A DNA stretch of 64,000 nucleotides from an uncultured delta proteobacterium (GCA_963832165.1 CAWHTE010000011.1:384001-448000), one strand, 5' to 3'. Positions 41,190 through 52,201 are shown, counted from the stretch's first letter. Numbers and translations: made by a program. The notes: generated from the sequence alone by a model not told the origin.

Positions 41190-43008
41190 CTAGTTCGATC
41201 CGCGCAATAGCTGCGCGGCGAGCGCCTCGGCCTGCTCGAGCAGCTCCTCGAGCAGGTCGAGGCCGCCGTTCCAGAACGCGGGATCGGCGATGTCGAGCCC
41301 GATCGCGGCGAGCAGGTGCTCCGGGGTATCGGAGCCGCCCGCCTCGAGCAGCGCCAGATAGCGCGGCACGAATCCGGCTCCCTCCTCGTCGTACCGGCGC
41401 AGCAGTGCGAGCACGAGCAGCTCGCCGAACGCGTAGGCATAACAGTAGAACGGCGAGTGTACGAAGTGGGGGATGTAGAGCCACCACCACGCGTAGTCGT
41501 CGGAGAGTGCGACCGAGTCGCCGAACATCGGCCGGTTCGAGTCCATCCAGAGCTCGTTCACGCGCTCGAGCGGCAGCTCGCCCTCCTCGCGCCGCGCCGT
41601 GTGGAGCGCCTGCTCGAAGCGCGTCATCGCGACCTGGCGGAACACGGTCGCGAACGCGTCCTCGAGCTTGCCGCACAGGAGTGCCAGGCGGACCTGCGGG
41701 TCGCTCTCCTCGCGCATCAAGCGCCGGAACACGAGCATCTCGCCGAACACGCTCGCGGTCTCGGCCGTGGTGAGTGGCGTGTCCTGCTCGAACAGACCCT
41801 GCACCGAAGCGAGCGACTGGTGCACGCCGTGGCCGAGCTCGTGAGCGACCGTCATCACGTCGCGCAGGTTGCTCCGTGTAGTTGAGCAGCACGTAGGGAT
41901 GAATCGAGGGAACCGTCGAGGCGGAGAACGCCCCGCCGCGTTTGCCCGGGCGCAGCTCTGCGTCGATCCAGCGCTCGTCGAAGAAGCGCTGCGCGATCTC
42001 GGCCATGCGCGGCGAGAAGTCGCGGTAGGCGCTCGTCACGATCTCGCGCGCCTCTGCGAAGCTGCGCTTCCCGTCGGCGCCGCCGAGCGGCGCATAGCGG
42101 TCGTAGTCGGCGAGCGCGGGCAGCCCGAGCAGGCGCGCCTTGAGGCGGTAGTAGCGCGCCACGAGGTCGTAGCGGCCGACACACGCGTCGAGCAGCGCAT
42201 CGACGCTCTCGCGGCGCGCCTCGTTGGCGAGGTGACGCGCGGCCATCGCGTGCGGATAGCTGCGCCGGCGATCGTCGGCGGCCTTGTCCTGGACCAGGAT
42301 GTTGAAGATGAATCCGAGCACGCGCGCGTTCGCGCGCAGCCCGGCCGACAGCCCGGCCGCCCCGGCGCGGCGCGTCTCGCGGTCGGGGTCGTAGAGCAGC
42401 GCGAGCGTCTCCTCCTCGGAGAGCTTCTGCACCTCGCCGCCGATCGTCACCTCGAACTGGAGGTCGGCCATGATCTGGTCGAACAGGCGGCTCCACGCGG
42501 CGCTGCCCGTGTTGTGGGCCTCGGCGAGCACGCGCTCCTCGGGCTCCGACAGCACGTGCTCGCGGTAGCGGCGCATTCCGGCGAGGTAGTGGCGGCGACG
42601 CGCGAGCTCGGGCTCGGCGAGCAGTGCCTCCGCGCGCTCGCTGTCGGCGGCCAGCCACTCGAGCTCGAAGAAGAGCAGTGCGTTGCGGATCTCGGTGCCG
42701 CGCTCCTGCACGTGCTGGAGCAGTGCGCCGTGACGCGGCGTCTGCGTGTCCGCCGCGAACAGGAGACCCGCGAACGCGCCCGCGCGCGCGGCGGGCTCCG
42801 AGATCGCTTCGATCTCGTCGACCGCGCGCGCGAGCTCTGCGGCGCCGAGCGACGCGACCCGGCCGCGATAGCGCTCCGCGAACGCGGTGGCGGCCGCGAG
42901 CACACCCGCGAGGTCCTTCTCGATCTGCGGGTCGTCGGGGCCCGCGTAGAGATGCGAGAGATCCCAGCGGACGCCCGCCGCAGAGCCGCCCGTTGCCGTT
43001 TCTGACAT
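41190..43008 (-). CDS. M3 family oligoendopeptidase (PepF-like; frameshift near 41870)
   Basis: WDLSHLY, GKRGGAFS, PYVLLNY / VAHELGHGVH, AETASVFGE, IPHF.HSPFYCYAYAFG. Confidence 0.9.
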
Positions 43009-43054
43009 GCATTCCTCGTCGGTGGGAGGCCGAGCATAGTACCCTCGCCGAGCC

Positions 43055-44293
43055 ATGCCGCCCCGTGTCGTGCTCCACGCCGATATGGACGCCTTCTACG
43101 CGTCGATCGAGCAGCGCGATCACCCGGAGCTGCGCGGTCGTCCCGTGGCGGTCGGGGGAGATGGACGACGCGGTGTGGTGTCGGCGGCGAGCTACGAGGC
43201 GCGCCGGTTCGGCGTGCACTCGGCGATGTCCAGCGTGGAGGCGCGGCGGCTCTGTCCCGAGCTCATCTTCGTGCGCGGCTCGATGCGGCGCTATGCGGCC
43301 GAGTCGAAGCGCATCTTCGAGATCTTCGGCCGCTTCACGCCGGTCGTGCAGGGACTGTCGCTCGACGAGGCGTTTCTCGACCTGAGCGGCACCGAGCGGC
43401 TGTTCGGCCCCGCGCGCGGAGTGGCCGAGGCGCTGCGCCGGGCCGTGCGCGACGAGACGCAGCTCGCGGTGTCGGTCGGCATCGCGCCCGTGAAGATGGT
43501 CGCGAAGATCGCGAGCGACCTCGCGAAGCCCGACGGTCTGCTCGAGGTGGCGCCCGCCGACGTGGCGGGCTTTCTCGAGCCGCTTCCGGTGCGCCGGATC
43601 TGGGGTGTGGGACCGGTTGCGGAGGAGCGCCTGCACGCAGCGGGCTTCACCACGATCGGCGAGCTCGTGCGCGCGGATCGGGTCGTGCTCGAGACGCGCT
43701 TCGGTGAATGGGGGCTCGCGCTGGCGCGGCTCGGACAGGGCCGCGATCTCTCCGAGGTGGATCCCTATCGCGACGCGGTCTCCTACAGCGAGGAGAACAC
43801 CTTCGCCGACGACGTGTCGTCACGCGAGGTGCTCGAGGCCGCGCTGATCACGCACGCTGAAGCCGTCGCGCAGCGGCTCCGGCGCGACCGGCTGCGCGCG
43901 CGTACCGTGGTGCTCAAGCTCAAGCTCTCACGGCGCGTCGCACCCGGGCCGCGCGGCTACCCGCTGCTCACGCGCCGCACCACGCTCGCGGAGCCCTCGG
44001 ACGACGGCGCGCTGCTCTCGCGGACCGCGGGCGAGCTGCTCACGCGCGCGGCGCTGCGCGAGCCGGTGCGCCTGCTCGGTGTGGGCGTCACGGGTCTGAT
44101 CAGCGCCGACACCGGTCAGCTCGCGCTGTTCGCATCCCCGCGCGACGCACGGCGCGAACGCCTGAACCGCGCGCTCGATGCGATCGCGGACCGCTTCGGC
44201 AGCGGCGCGATCGTGCGCGGCGACGCGAGGCCCGCCGCGCGTGCGGGCCTATCGCTGCAGCAGAAGCGCGGAGCGGATCCGAAGAATCGGTGA
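43055..44293 (+). CDS. dinB: DNA polymerase IV
   Basis: HADMDAFYASIE, SAASYEARRFGVHSAM, SLDEAFLD, AKIASDLAKPDG, IWGVGP. Confidence 0.94.
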   Translation: MPPRVVLHADMDAFYASIEQRDHPELRGRPVAVGGDGRRGVVSAASYEARRFGVHSAMSSVEARRLCPELIFVRGSMRRYAAESKRIFEIFGRFTPVVQGLSLDEAFLDLSGTERLFGPARGVAEALRRAVRDETQLAVSVGIAPVKMVAKIASDLAKPDGLLEVAPADVAGFLEPLPVRRIWGVGPVAEERLHAAGFTTIGELVRADRVVLETRFGEWGLALARLGQGRDLSEVDPYRDAVSYSEENTFADDVSSREVLEAALITHAEAVAQRLRRDRLRARTVVLKLKLSRRVAPGPRGYPLLTRRTTLAEPSDDGALLSRTAGELLTRAALREPVRLLGVGVTGLISADTGQLALFASPRDARRERLNRALDAIADRFGSGAIVRGDARPAARAGLSLQQKRGADPKNR

Positions 44294-44335
44294 CGGACCG
44301 CGCGCCTCGCGGAGTGCGCGGTTATGATGCCGGCC

Positions 44336-45670
44336 ATGGTGGGTCAGGAAGACCACGCAATCGACGAGGGTCTGCGCGCCGACGATCTGCGCGAGATCTG
44401 GAGCTTCGCCAACCCGGAAGAGAAGGTGGAGGGATTCCTCTCGCTCTCGTTCACCGAGGCCGAGGCGCTGTTCCTCTCGCTCGACACGCGCGCACAGGGC
44501 GAGCTGCTCTTCGCTCTACCCGCGAACGAGCGCAAGCTCTGGGTGCGGCAGCTGCCCCCGGACGATGCTGCCGACGTGTGCCAGAAGGCGCCTCCGGAGA
44601 CGCGCGACGCGCTGCTGCAGCTGCTCGACGATGCGACGCGCAAGGAGGTGTTGGCGCTGCTCGCCTATGCCGAGGACGAGGCGGGCGGGCTGATGAGCCC
44701 GCGCTATGTCCGGCTCCGCCCGGACATGAACGTGGACGAGGCGATCAAGTACCTGCGCCGCGCCGCGCGCGAGCGGGCCGAGACGATCTACTACATCTAC
44801 GTGCTCGATTCCGAGCAGCGGCTGGTCGGCGTGGTGTCTTTCCGCGAGCTGTTCAGCGCGGCGCCCGAGCGCACGGTGCGCGACGTGATGCGCGATGGCG
44901 TGCTCTCGGTGCCCGAAGACCTCGACCAGGAAGCGGTCGCCAACGTGATGGCCGAGAGCAAGCTCATGGCGGTGCCCGTGGTCGACGCGCAGGGCCGGAT
45001 CAAGGGCATCGTGACGGTCGACGACATCGTCGACGTCGTGCGCGAAGAGGCGACCGAGGACATCCAGAAGATCGGCGGCAGCGCCGCGCTCGACGCACCC
45101 TATCTCGAGGTTGGCATTGGGGGGCTGGTGCGGAAGCGCGCGGGCTGGCTCACCGTGCTGTTCCTGGGTCAGCTCCTCACGGCCACCGCGATGGCCTACT
45201 ACGAGGACGCGATCGCGCGAGCAGTCGTTCTCGCTCTCTTCATCCCCCTGATCATTTCGAGCGGCGGCAACTCGGGCTCGCAGGCGAGCACGCTCGTGAT
45301 CCGAGCACTCGCGATGGAGGAGGTGCGCCTGCGCGATTGGTGGCGCGTGTTCGTGCGCGAGCTCGGCACGGGTCTGCTACTCGGACTGATCCTGGGGCTG
45401 ATCGGTCTGTTGCGCATCGTGCTGTGGCCGACGCGCGAGTCGCTCTACGGCGAACACTTCGTGCTGATCGGGCTCACGGTCGCCGTGAGTCTGGTCTGGA
45501 TCGTGGTGTGGGGATCGATCGCCGGATCGATGCTCCCATTCGTTCTGCACCGGTTCGGATTCGACCCTGCGAGCGCGTCGGCGCCGTTCGTCGCGACGCT
45601 CGTCGACGTGACGGGCCTCGTGATCTATTTCAGCGTCGCGACGCTGTTCCTGTCCGGAACGCTCTTGTAG
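44336..45670 (+). CDS. mgtE: Magnesium transporter MgtE
   Basis: AGGLM, CBS pair, EEATEDIQKIGG, SSGGNSGSQA, DPASASAPFVATLVDVTG. Confidence 0.94.
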   Translation: MVGQEDHAIDEGLRADDLREIWSFANPEEKVEGFLSLSFTEAEALFLSLDTRAQGELLFALPANERKLWVRQLPPDDAADVCQKAPPETRDALLQLLDDATRKEVLALLAYAEDEAGGLMSPRYVRLRPDMNVDEAIKYLRRAARERAETIYYIYVLDSEQRLVGVVSFRELFSAAPERTVRDVMRDGVLSVPEDLDQEAVANVMAESKLMAVPVVDAQGRIKGIVTVDDIVDVVREEATEDIQKIGGSAALDAPYLEVGIGGLVRKRAGWLTVLFLGQLLTATAMAYYEDAIARAVVLALFIPLIISSGGNSGSQASTLVIRALAMEEVRLRDWWRVFVRELGTGLLLGLILGLIGLLRIVLWPTRESLYGEHFVLIGLTVAVSLVWIVVWGSIAGSMLPFVLHRFGFDPASASAPFVATLVDVTGLVIYFSVATLFLSGTLL

Positions 45671-45672
45671 CG

Positions 45673-46293
45673 CTACGCGGAGACTGCGCGAGGCGCGCTC
45701 GCGTCGTGCTTCTCCCAGCGATAGATCCGCATCGGGGGCACGTTGAGCAGCTCGGTCTGGACACGCGCGCGGCCGAATACCTCGCGGCCGAGCATGTGCA
45801 CGCGGTCGCGCACCTGATAGGCGACGAACGCGCCGCCGGGCGAGAGCGCATCGTAGACGGAGCGCAGGATGTCGCGGCCGATCGGCATCGCCATGGTCGA
45901 GAACGGGATGCCCGAGACGATCACATCGGGTGTGGGAAGGCCGCGCGCCGCGAGGATCGCGCTGATGTCGACCGCGCTGCCCTGTTCCACGATCAGGCGC
46001 TTGTCGGGCCAGCGGTCGAGGACCTCGACGAAGTGCGGGTTGATCTCGATCGCAAGCAGCTGCGCCTCGGGCTGCATCGCGCGTAGGAGTGCGCGCGTGG
46101 TGCCGCCGGTGCCGGGGCCGAGCTCGACGATCAGCCGGGCGCGGTGTGCGCGCGTGGCGCGCGTGACGCGGCGCTCGAGGAAGCGCGAGCTCGGGATGAT
46201 CGAGCCCACCTGCATCGGCCGCTTGAGAAAGCCTCGAAAGAAGGCGAAGCGGTCGTCAGGCTGCAGTTTCAGTGAGCGATTCGTCTCGGGCAC
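45673..46293 (-). CDS. SAM-dependent methyltransferase (phospholipid N-methyltransferase-like)
   Basis: VGSIIPSSRFL, VELGPGTGG, IVSGIPFS, FVAYQ, NVPP. Confidence 0.85.
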   Translation of the reverse strand: MPETNRSLKLQPDDRFAFFRGFLKRPMQVGSIIPSSRFLERRVTRATRAHRARLIVELGPGTGGTTRALLRAMQPEAQLLAIEINPHFVEVLDRWPDKRLIVEQGSAVDISAILAARGLPTPDVIVSGIPFSTMAMPIGRDILRSVYDALSPGGAFVAYQVRDRVHMLGREVFGRARVQTELLNVPPMRIYRWEKHDASAPRAVSA

Positions 46294-46372
46294 TAGGCGA
46301 TCCTCCCGGGAAAGCGCACCCCTCCGGGCGCGAAGTCGCGCACTGTATAGCCAATCTCCCTTCCATCTTGCT

Positions 46373-47932
46373 TCAATCGTACAGGGCGTCGATCTGCCAC
46401 TCGCGGCGGACGTGGTCGAAGCGCAGCCGAACCACCACACCGTCTTCGCTTTGAACGTCGAACTGATCGAAGGCAAAGCGCTCTTCGGGCGACCACCAGC
46501 CGCCCGTAGTGCGCCAGGGGCCGGCACAGCGCACCACGCGTCCGTTCGCGACCGCGCTGCGGATCCACGCCGGGGACTGCTGCTCTCGGCGCACCACGGC
46601 GGGGACCGGCGGCCGCAGCGCGCGCAGCGCGAGTGCGCCCGTGAAGGACCGCTCCCGCTCGGACGCCGTGCGCGGCGCGGTCGGCGCGAACGGAGCGAGT
46701 GCGAAGGCATCGGGGTGATGGGTATCGACAGCCACGGGTGCGCCCACGCGCGCATCGCCGCACAGGCTCCGCAGCGCGGCGAGCGTCTCGCCGAGCACCG
46801 CCGGGGCTGGCCCGGCAGGGCGGAACAGGTCGAGCTGATCGCGGCGCAAGGGGCTGGCGCGGGTCACGACGCGCACGCCCGCGGCCGGCGCTGCGAGTGG
46901 GCGCGCTTCGAGCGCGTGGCGTGTTAGGCGGACCAGCACGCGCAGGTCGGCGCACGGCGCAGCCATGCCGACCCGGCGCACGTCGCGCGCGCCGTCGGCG
47001 AGATCGAGCGAGAGATCGAGATCTCCGCAGCCCAGGTGCCGAACGCCGAGCCGCTCGAGCAGGCGCGAGAGCAGGCCCTGCAGCACGAACAGGAGCGGCT
47101 CGAGGCGGTCGATCGGCGCTTCCAGATCGATCGCCTCCACGAGCTGCAGCTCGCGCGCTTCGGGCAGCGGCACCTCGGTTGCCTCGCCGCGCGCCATCTG
47201 GATCAACTCGAGAGCGCTCGTGCCGAGCCGGGTGGCGAGGCCGCGGCGCGGCAGTGCGAGCAGGTCGCGCACCGTGTGAACGCCGAAGCGCGTGAGCGCT
47301 TCGGCGAGCGCATCGCCGGGATCGAGCAGATCGATCGACAGCGGTGCGAGGAAGGCGCGTTCGCGCTCCGGGGGCAGGGCGAGCACCCGGCCTCCCGCAT
47401 CCTCTTCGTTCTCGGATCGACACGGAGAGGTGTCAGTCGAAGTGGCGAGCTGGCGCACGGCGATGCGCGCCACGCCGCACGACGAGGCCACCGCCACGTC
47501 GGCGGGCAGGCCGAGTGCGAGGATTCGCGCGGCGAGCGCGGTGGCGAAGCCGGCTTCCGAGCGGAACAGCGCTCCGGTGCCCTCGGCATCGACGAAGACG
47601 GCGGCCTCGGTGGCGAAGACGCCGCCGCAGCGCGGCGCGAGCGCGGCGCGCGGTGCACACGAGAAGGCGGCATCGAGCAGCGTGTCGCGGGCGGCCTGCT
47701 CGAGCGCCGGGGAGGCCACGCGCACCGCGAGCCCTGCGCACAGGCTGCGCGCGTGGGCGGCGCTGGTTCCCGCGCACACGCCCGCGCGCGCCGCCGCTCG
47801 CGACACACACAAGAGCTCGGCGCGCGGACTCGCGCCGTCGGCGATCGCGAGCGGGCGGCCGTGCAGCTCCGGGTGCGCGCGCAGCTCGGCCGAGAGCGGC
47901 AGGTCGGCCACGCGCGCGCACGCGATCCTCAT
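46373..47932 (-). CDS. imuB: ImuB, inactive Y-family polymerase-like protein
   Basis: Degenerate Y-family fold, QLDLF clamp-binding motif, GPWRTTGGWW...YD C-terminus; follows imuA. Confidence 0.88.
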   Translation of the reverse strand: MRIACARVADLPLSAELRAHPELHGRPLAIADGASPRAELLCVSRAAARAGVCAGTSAAHARSLCAGLAVRVASPALEQAARDTLLDAAFSCAPRAALAPRCGGVFATEAAVFVDAEGTGALFRSEAGFATALAARILALGLPADVAVASSCGVARIAVRQLATSTDTSPCRSENEEDAGGRVLALPPERERAFLAPLSIDLLDPGDALAEALTRFGVHTVRDLLALPRRGLATRLGTSALELIQMARGEATEVPLPEARELQLVEAIDLEAPIDRLEPLLFVLQGLLSRLLERLGVRHLGCGDLDLSLDLADGARDVRRVGMAAPCADLRVLVRLTRHALEARPLAAPAAGVRVVTRASPLRRDQLDLFRPAGPAPAVLGETLAALRSLCGDARVGAPVAVDTHHPDAFALAPFAPTAPRTASERERSFTGALALRALRPPVPAVVRREQQSPAWIRSAVANGRVVRCAGPWRTTGGWWSPEERFAFDQFDVQSEDGVVVRLRFDHVRREWQIDALYD

Positions 47933-48627
47933 TCTTCCGCAGCGGCGCGCAACTGCACCGCGGCCGGAGGCCCCGGCCGCCCGCGGCGCTGGCGCGCGAT
48001 CGCCACCTCGATCTCCAGCCCTTCGAACAGGCTCGGGGTACCCGTGAAGCGGGCGCGGGTCGGCAGGAGCTGCAGCGCGAGGTCGGCGTTGGAGCCCGTG
48101 ACCCGCCGCAGCGAGACCACGATCAGCGCGGTTCCCCCCGCCGCCGCAGCGCGCGTGAGGCGCTGCCAGGTGGCCGCGGGCAGCGACTCCCACTCCGCGT
48201 CGCATCCCGCCGCGTCGAGCAGCACCGCTGCGAAGCCGCGCGCCCGGAGCAGGCGCTCGCTCGCGCGCACGGCCGCGGAGACACCCGGTGGGCGCGCCCA
48301 CAGCACCCGCTCGAGCTGCACCCCCGCACTGCGCGCGGACGCGGGGTGGAACGCGTCGGCGGAGTCGACCACCGCGACCACCTCTCCGGCCTCGGTCGCG
48401 CGCGCGAGCAGCGCGAGCGCCAGCGAGGTGCGGCCCGAGGAGGGCGGCCCGTGGAACTCGCACAGGCGGCCGCGCGCGAGCCCTCCGCCCAGCAGCGCAT
48501 CGAGCGCCGGAATGCCCGTCGCCAGATCGACGCGGGGCTCGCGGTCGGATCCTCCGCGCCGCACCTCGGACCCGAGGTCGTGCAGCAGGCGCGCGAGATC
48601 AGGACGCTCGGGGGAGGGGAGAGGCAT
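47929..48627 (-). CDS. imuA: ImuA / RecA-like protein
   Basis: TGIPALDALLGGGL.RG.LCE..GPPSSGRTSL, VDSADAFHP. Confidence 0.85.
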   Translation of the reverse strand: MPLPSPERPDLARLLHDLGSEVRRGGSDREPRVDLATGIPALDALLGGGLARGRLCEFHGPPSSGRTSLALALLARATEAGEVVAVVDSADAFHPASARSAGVQLERVLWARPPGVSAAVRASERLLRARGFAAVLLDAAGCDAEWESLPAATWQRLTRAAAAGGTALIVVSLRRVTGSNADLALQLLPTRARFTGTPSLFEGLEIEVAIARQRRGRPGPPAAVQLRAAAEE

Positions 48628-48636
48628 GGGAGGCCT

Positions 48637-48665
48637 ATTTTCGTCTTATATTCGCCTCCCGGCAA
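48637..48665 (-). promoter_or_regulatory. imuA promoter with embedded CGAA-N7-CGAA (SOS-like) operator
   Basis: Minus strand TTGCCG-N17-GAAAAT; contains GCGAATATAAGACGAAAAT. Confidence 0.7.
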
Positions 48666-48672
48666 CTTCCGT

Positions 48673-49293
48673 CTATCGGCCCTCTTTGATCCTCACCCGC
48701 CTTCCCTCGACGGCGAGCCGCCCTTCGGCGATCAGCCGGATCGCCTCGGGCACCAGCCGGCGCTCCGCGGCCTGTACGCGCGCGGCCAGCGTCTCGGGGG
48801 TGTCGTCGTCGCTTACCCGCACCGCTTCCTGGAGGATGATCGGCCCGTGGTCGTACTCGTCGTCGGCGAAGTGGACCGTCGCGCCCGTCACCTTCACTCC
48901 CGCCTCGAGTACCGCCTCGTGCACGCGGTGGCCGTAGAAGCCGTGGCCCGAGAATGCGGGGATCAGTGCCGGGTGCACGTTGATCACGCGGCCCGCGAAG
49001 CGATCGCGCGGCTCGAACGGGGAAAGGAAGCCGAGCAGCGCGACGAGGTCGATTTCGAAGGGCGCGAGCGCGCGGTGCAGCGCATCGTTGAACGAGCGCA
49101 CGTCGCCGTGCTCGCGCCGCGGCACCGCGAGCGCGGGCACCCCGCGCCGCGCCGCGCGCGCGAGCCCGCCGGCGGTCGATTTCGAGGCGATCACCACTGC
49201 GACGCGCGCGGGCAGCCCCGAATCGATGTGCTCGAACAGGTTTTCGAGGCTGGTTCCCTCGCCCGAGAGCAACACGGCAACCTGCAACGGCAC
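48673..49293 (-). CDS. purN: Phosphoribosylglycinamide formyltransferase
   Basis: VLLSGEGTSL, INVHPALIPAF.G, GVKVTGATVHF....YDHGPIILQ. Confidence 0.92.
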   Translation of the reverse strand: MPLQVAVLLSGEGTSLENLFEHIDSGLPARVAVVIASKSTAGGLARAARRGVPALAVPRREHGDVRSFNDALHRALAPFEIDLVALLGFLSPFEPRDRFAGRVINVHPALIPAFSGHGFYGHRVHEAVLEAGVKVTGATVHFADDEYDHGPIILQEAVRVSDDDTPETLAARVQAAERRLVPEAIRLIAEGRLAVEGRRVRIKEGR

Positions 49294-49348
49294 GCGCGCA
49301 GTCTACCTTCAAACGAATTAGAATGCGCCGCTCGCTCGGAGGTCCCCG

Positions 49349-50284
49349 TTGTCGATCCTCGTATCCGGCTCAGTCGCGCTCGATCACATCATGGTGTTCC
49401 CGGACCGGTTCGCGAACCACATCCTGCCGGATCAGGTGCACGCGCTGAACGTCTCGTTCAACATCACGAGCCTCGACACCCACTTCGGCGGCGTCGCCGC
49501 GAACATCGCCTACCACCTGCGCAAGCTCGGCGCCGATCCGCTGATCCTCGCCGCGGTCGGATCCGACTTCGGCCCCTACGCCGCGTGGCTCGACCGCCAC
49601 CAGATCCGCCGCGACGGCATCGTGGTGTTCGACGATGTGCGCACGCCGCAGGGCTTCGTGACCACCGACCGCGAGGATTGCCAGATCTGGGCGTTCTACG
49701 AGGGGGCGATGGCGCGCGCGCACGAGGCCCGCGTCGAGAGCGTCTCTTCGCCGCTCGAGCTCGCGATCGTCTCCGCGAACGGCAAGCGCGCGATGCTCGA
49801 GCACGCGCGCGCGCTCAAGCGGCGCGGCGTTCCGACCTACATCGATCCGAGCCACGGTCTGCCGATCCTGTCGGGCGCAGAGCTGCTCGAGCTGATCGAA
49901 GGCTCGGCCGGCTACTTCGTGAACGACTACGAGTGGAAGCTCACGCTCGAGCAGACCGGCGTCTCCGAAGCGGAAATCGCGGCGCGCTGCGGGAGCGTGA
50001 TCATCACGTACGGCGCCGACGGTTCCGAGATTCACACCGGACGCGAATCGCTGCGGATTCCTCCGGTCGAGCCGAAACGCGTCGCCGACCCGACCGGCTG
50101 CGGTGACGCCTATCGCGCGGGCTACTTGTTCGGGATCGCGAACCGAGCGCCCGTCGACGTCGCGGGCCGGCTCGGGAGTCTGCTCGGCAGCTGGCAGGTG
50201 GAGGTCGAGGGCGCGCAGGCGCTCACCTACGACCTCGCCGCGGTACGCGCGCGCTATGCCGAGGTGTTTGGCGGGAGCTTCTAG
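49349..50284 (+). CDS. PfkB-family carbohydrate/adenosine kinase
   Basis: SGSVALDHIMVF, FGGVAANIAY, DPTGCGDAYRAG. Confidence 0.9.
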   Translation: MSILVSGSVALDHIMVFPDRFANHILPDQVHALNVSFNITSLDTHFGGVAANIAYHLRKLGADPLILAAVGSDFGPYAAWLDRHQIRRDGIVVFDDVRTPQGFVTTDREDCQIWAFYEGAMARAHEARVESVSSPLELAIVSANGKRAMLEHARALKRRGVPTYIDPSHGLPILSGAELLELIEGSAGYFVNDYEWKLTLEQTGVSEAEIAARCGSVIITYGADGSEIHTGRESLRIPPVEPKRVADPTGCGDAYRAGYLFGIANRAPVDVAGRLGSLLGSWQVEVEGAQALTYDLAAVRARYAEVFGGSF

Positions 50285-51087
50285 TCTTCGAGCCACACGC
50301 ACGCAGTCGACACGTTGTCTCCGGCGGCGTTCGCGCGCTGCGCGGCCAGTGCGTGTTCGACGACGCCGCGCGCCGCGGCGAGCGGGCGCAGGTCCGCGCT
50401 CTGCTGGCTTGCAGCGGCGACGCTCTGCGCGACCGCGCGCGGCGGATCGGCCACGCCGATCCCGGCTTCGGAGAGGCCGTCGGTCGCGAGCACGATCGCG
50501 CGCGGCAGCCCGAACTCGAGCGCACAGCGCACGCCGCGCTCGATGCCGGCGCGGTCGAGGCGCGCATCGCCCACGAACGTGACGTCGTCGGGTCCGGCGG
50601 GGCAGGGCTCGCGCGCGATCTTCGCCGCATCCACGCTGTACAGGTGGCTGTCGCCGATCAGCATCGCCGCCCACCAGCCCTCGCGCGGTCGCACGAGACC
50701 GAGCGCGAGCGTCGTGCGGCCGATCGGATGCTTCGGATCGACCGCGAGCAGCGTGCGGTTGAGGTCCTGCGCCACATCGGGCGCCTCGAGGAACCAGCGA
50801 TCGGAGAGCGCGATCGCGCCCGGGGAGGTCCAGCGCGGTGCGTGCCGTTGGAGCAGGCGGTCGAGTGCGTGCTCGGCGCCGCCGCTGCCCCAGTGGCCGT
50901 CGGCCACCGCGATCAGCCAGGCGTGCTCGGTCCACGCGAATGCGCACGCATCCTCGTTCGGATCGCGGTGGTCGTAGGTCTTCGCGGCGCCCCCGCGCGA
51001 GAGCGCGATTGCGACGCGGCGCTCTGCGAGCGTCGCCACGGCCCCGAGCAGCAGGTGCTCGCGACCGCGCAGGATGCCGGTGCGCAT
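50281..51087 (-). CDS. PP2C-like (PPM) phosphatase domain protein
   Basis: NEDA, AVADGHWG, IGDS, LATDGL, GDNV metal-binding motifs. Confidence 0.78.
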   Translation of the reverse strand: MRTGILRGREHLLLGAVATLAERRVAIALSRGGAAKTYDHRDPNEDACAFAWTEHAWLIAVADGHWGSGGAEHALDRLLQRHAPRWTSPGAIALSDRWFLEAPDVAQDLNRTLLAVDPKHPIGRTTLALGLVRPREGWWAAMLIGDSHLYSVDAAKIAREPCPAGPDDVTFVGDARLDRAGIERGVRCALEFGLPRAIVLATDGLSEAGIGVADPPRAVAQSVAAASQQSADLRPLAAARGVVEHALAAQRANAAGDNVSTACVWLED

Positions 51088-51172
51088 GCGAGGCGACTCC
51101 GCGACGGAAGGGGCGGCGAGTATATCCGCCCGGCCAGGATTGGCCCGATGCAGGGCGAGCGCGCGGGCTGCG

Positions 51173-52067
<895 letters not shown>

Positions 52068-52141
52068 GACTACCTCCTCGTCGCCCGGTCCTCGGGCGGC
52101 GGAACGCTAGGCAGCACATCGGCAGGTCGCAGCGCACGGGG

Positions 52142-52201
52142 TGTGAAACTTGCGTAAAACCCGGATCGACCCGGGTCCAATGTGAAACTTGCGTAAAACC
52201 C
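52142..52201 (+). repeat. Perfect 21-bp direct repeat with a palindrome-containing spacer, between divergent genes
   Basis: TGTGAAACTTGCGTAAAACCC at 52142-52162 and 52181-52201; the spacer contains GACCCGGGTC. Confidence 0.85.

Noticed and set aside
43009..43054. SOS-like box upstream of dinB
   Set aside because: No TTCG-N7-TTCG match in the short pepF-dinB intergenic region.
47344..50106. Long alternative-frame ORFs (e.g. 920 aa at 47344-50106, 772 aa at 38740-41058, 759 aa at 22967-25246)
   Set aside because: Arg/Ala/Pro-rich shadow ORFs typical of high-GC DNA, overlapping well-supported genes.
52142..52201. Possible mini CRISPR array
   Set aside because: Only two repeats, an 18-bp spacer and no cas genes in the window.
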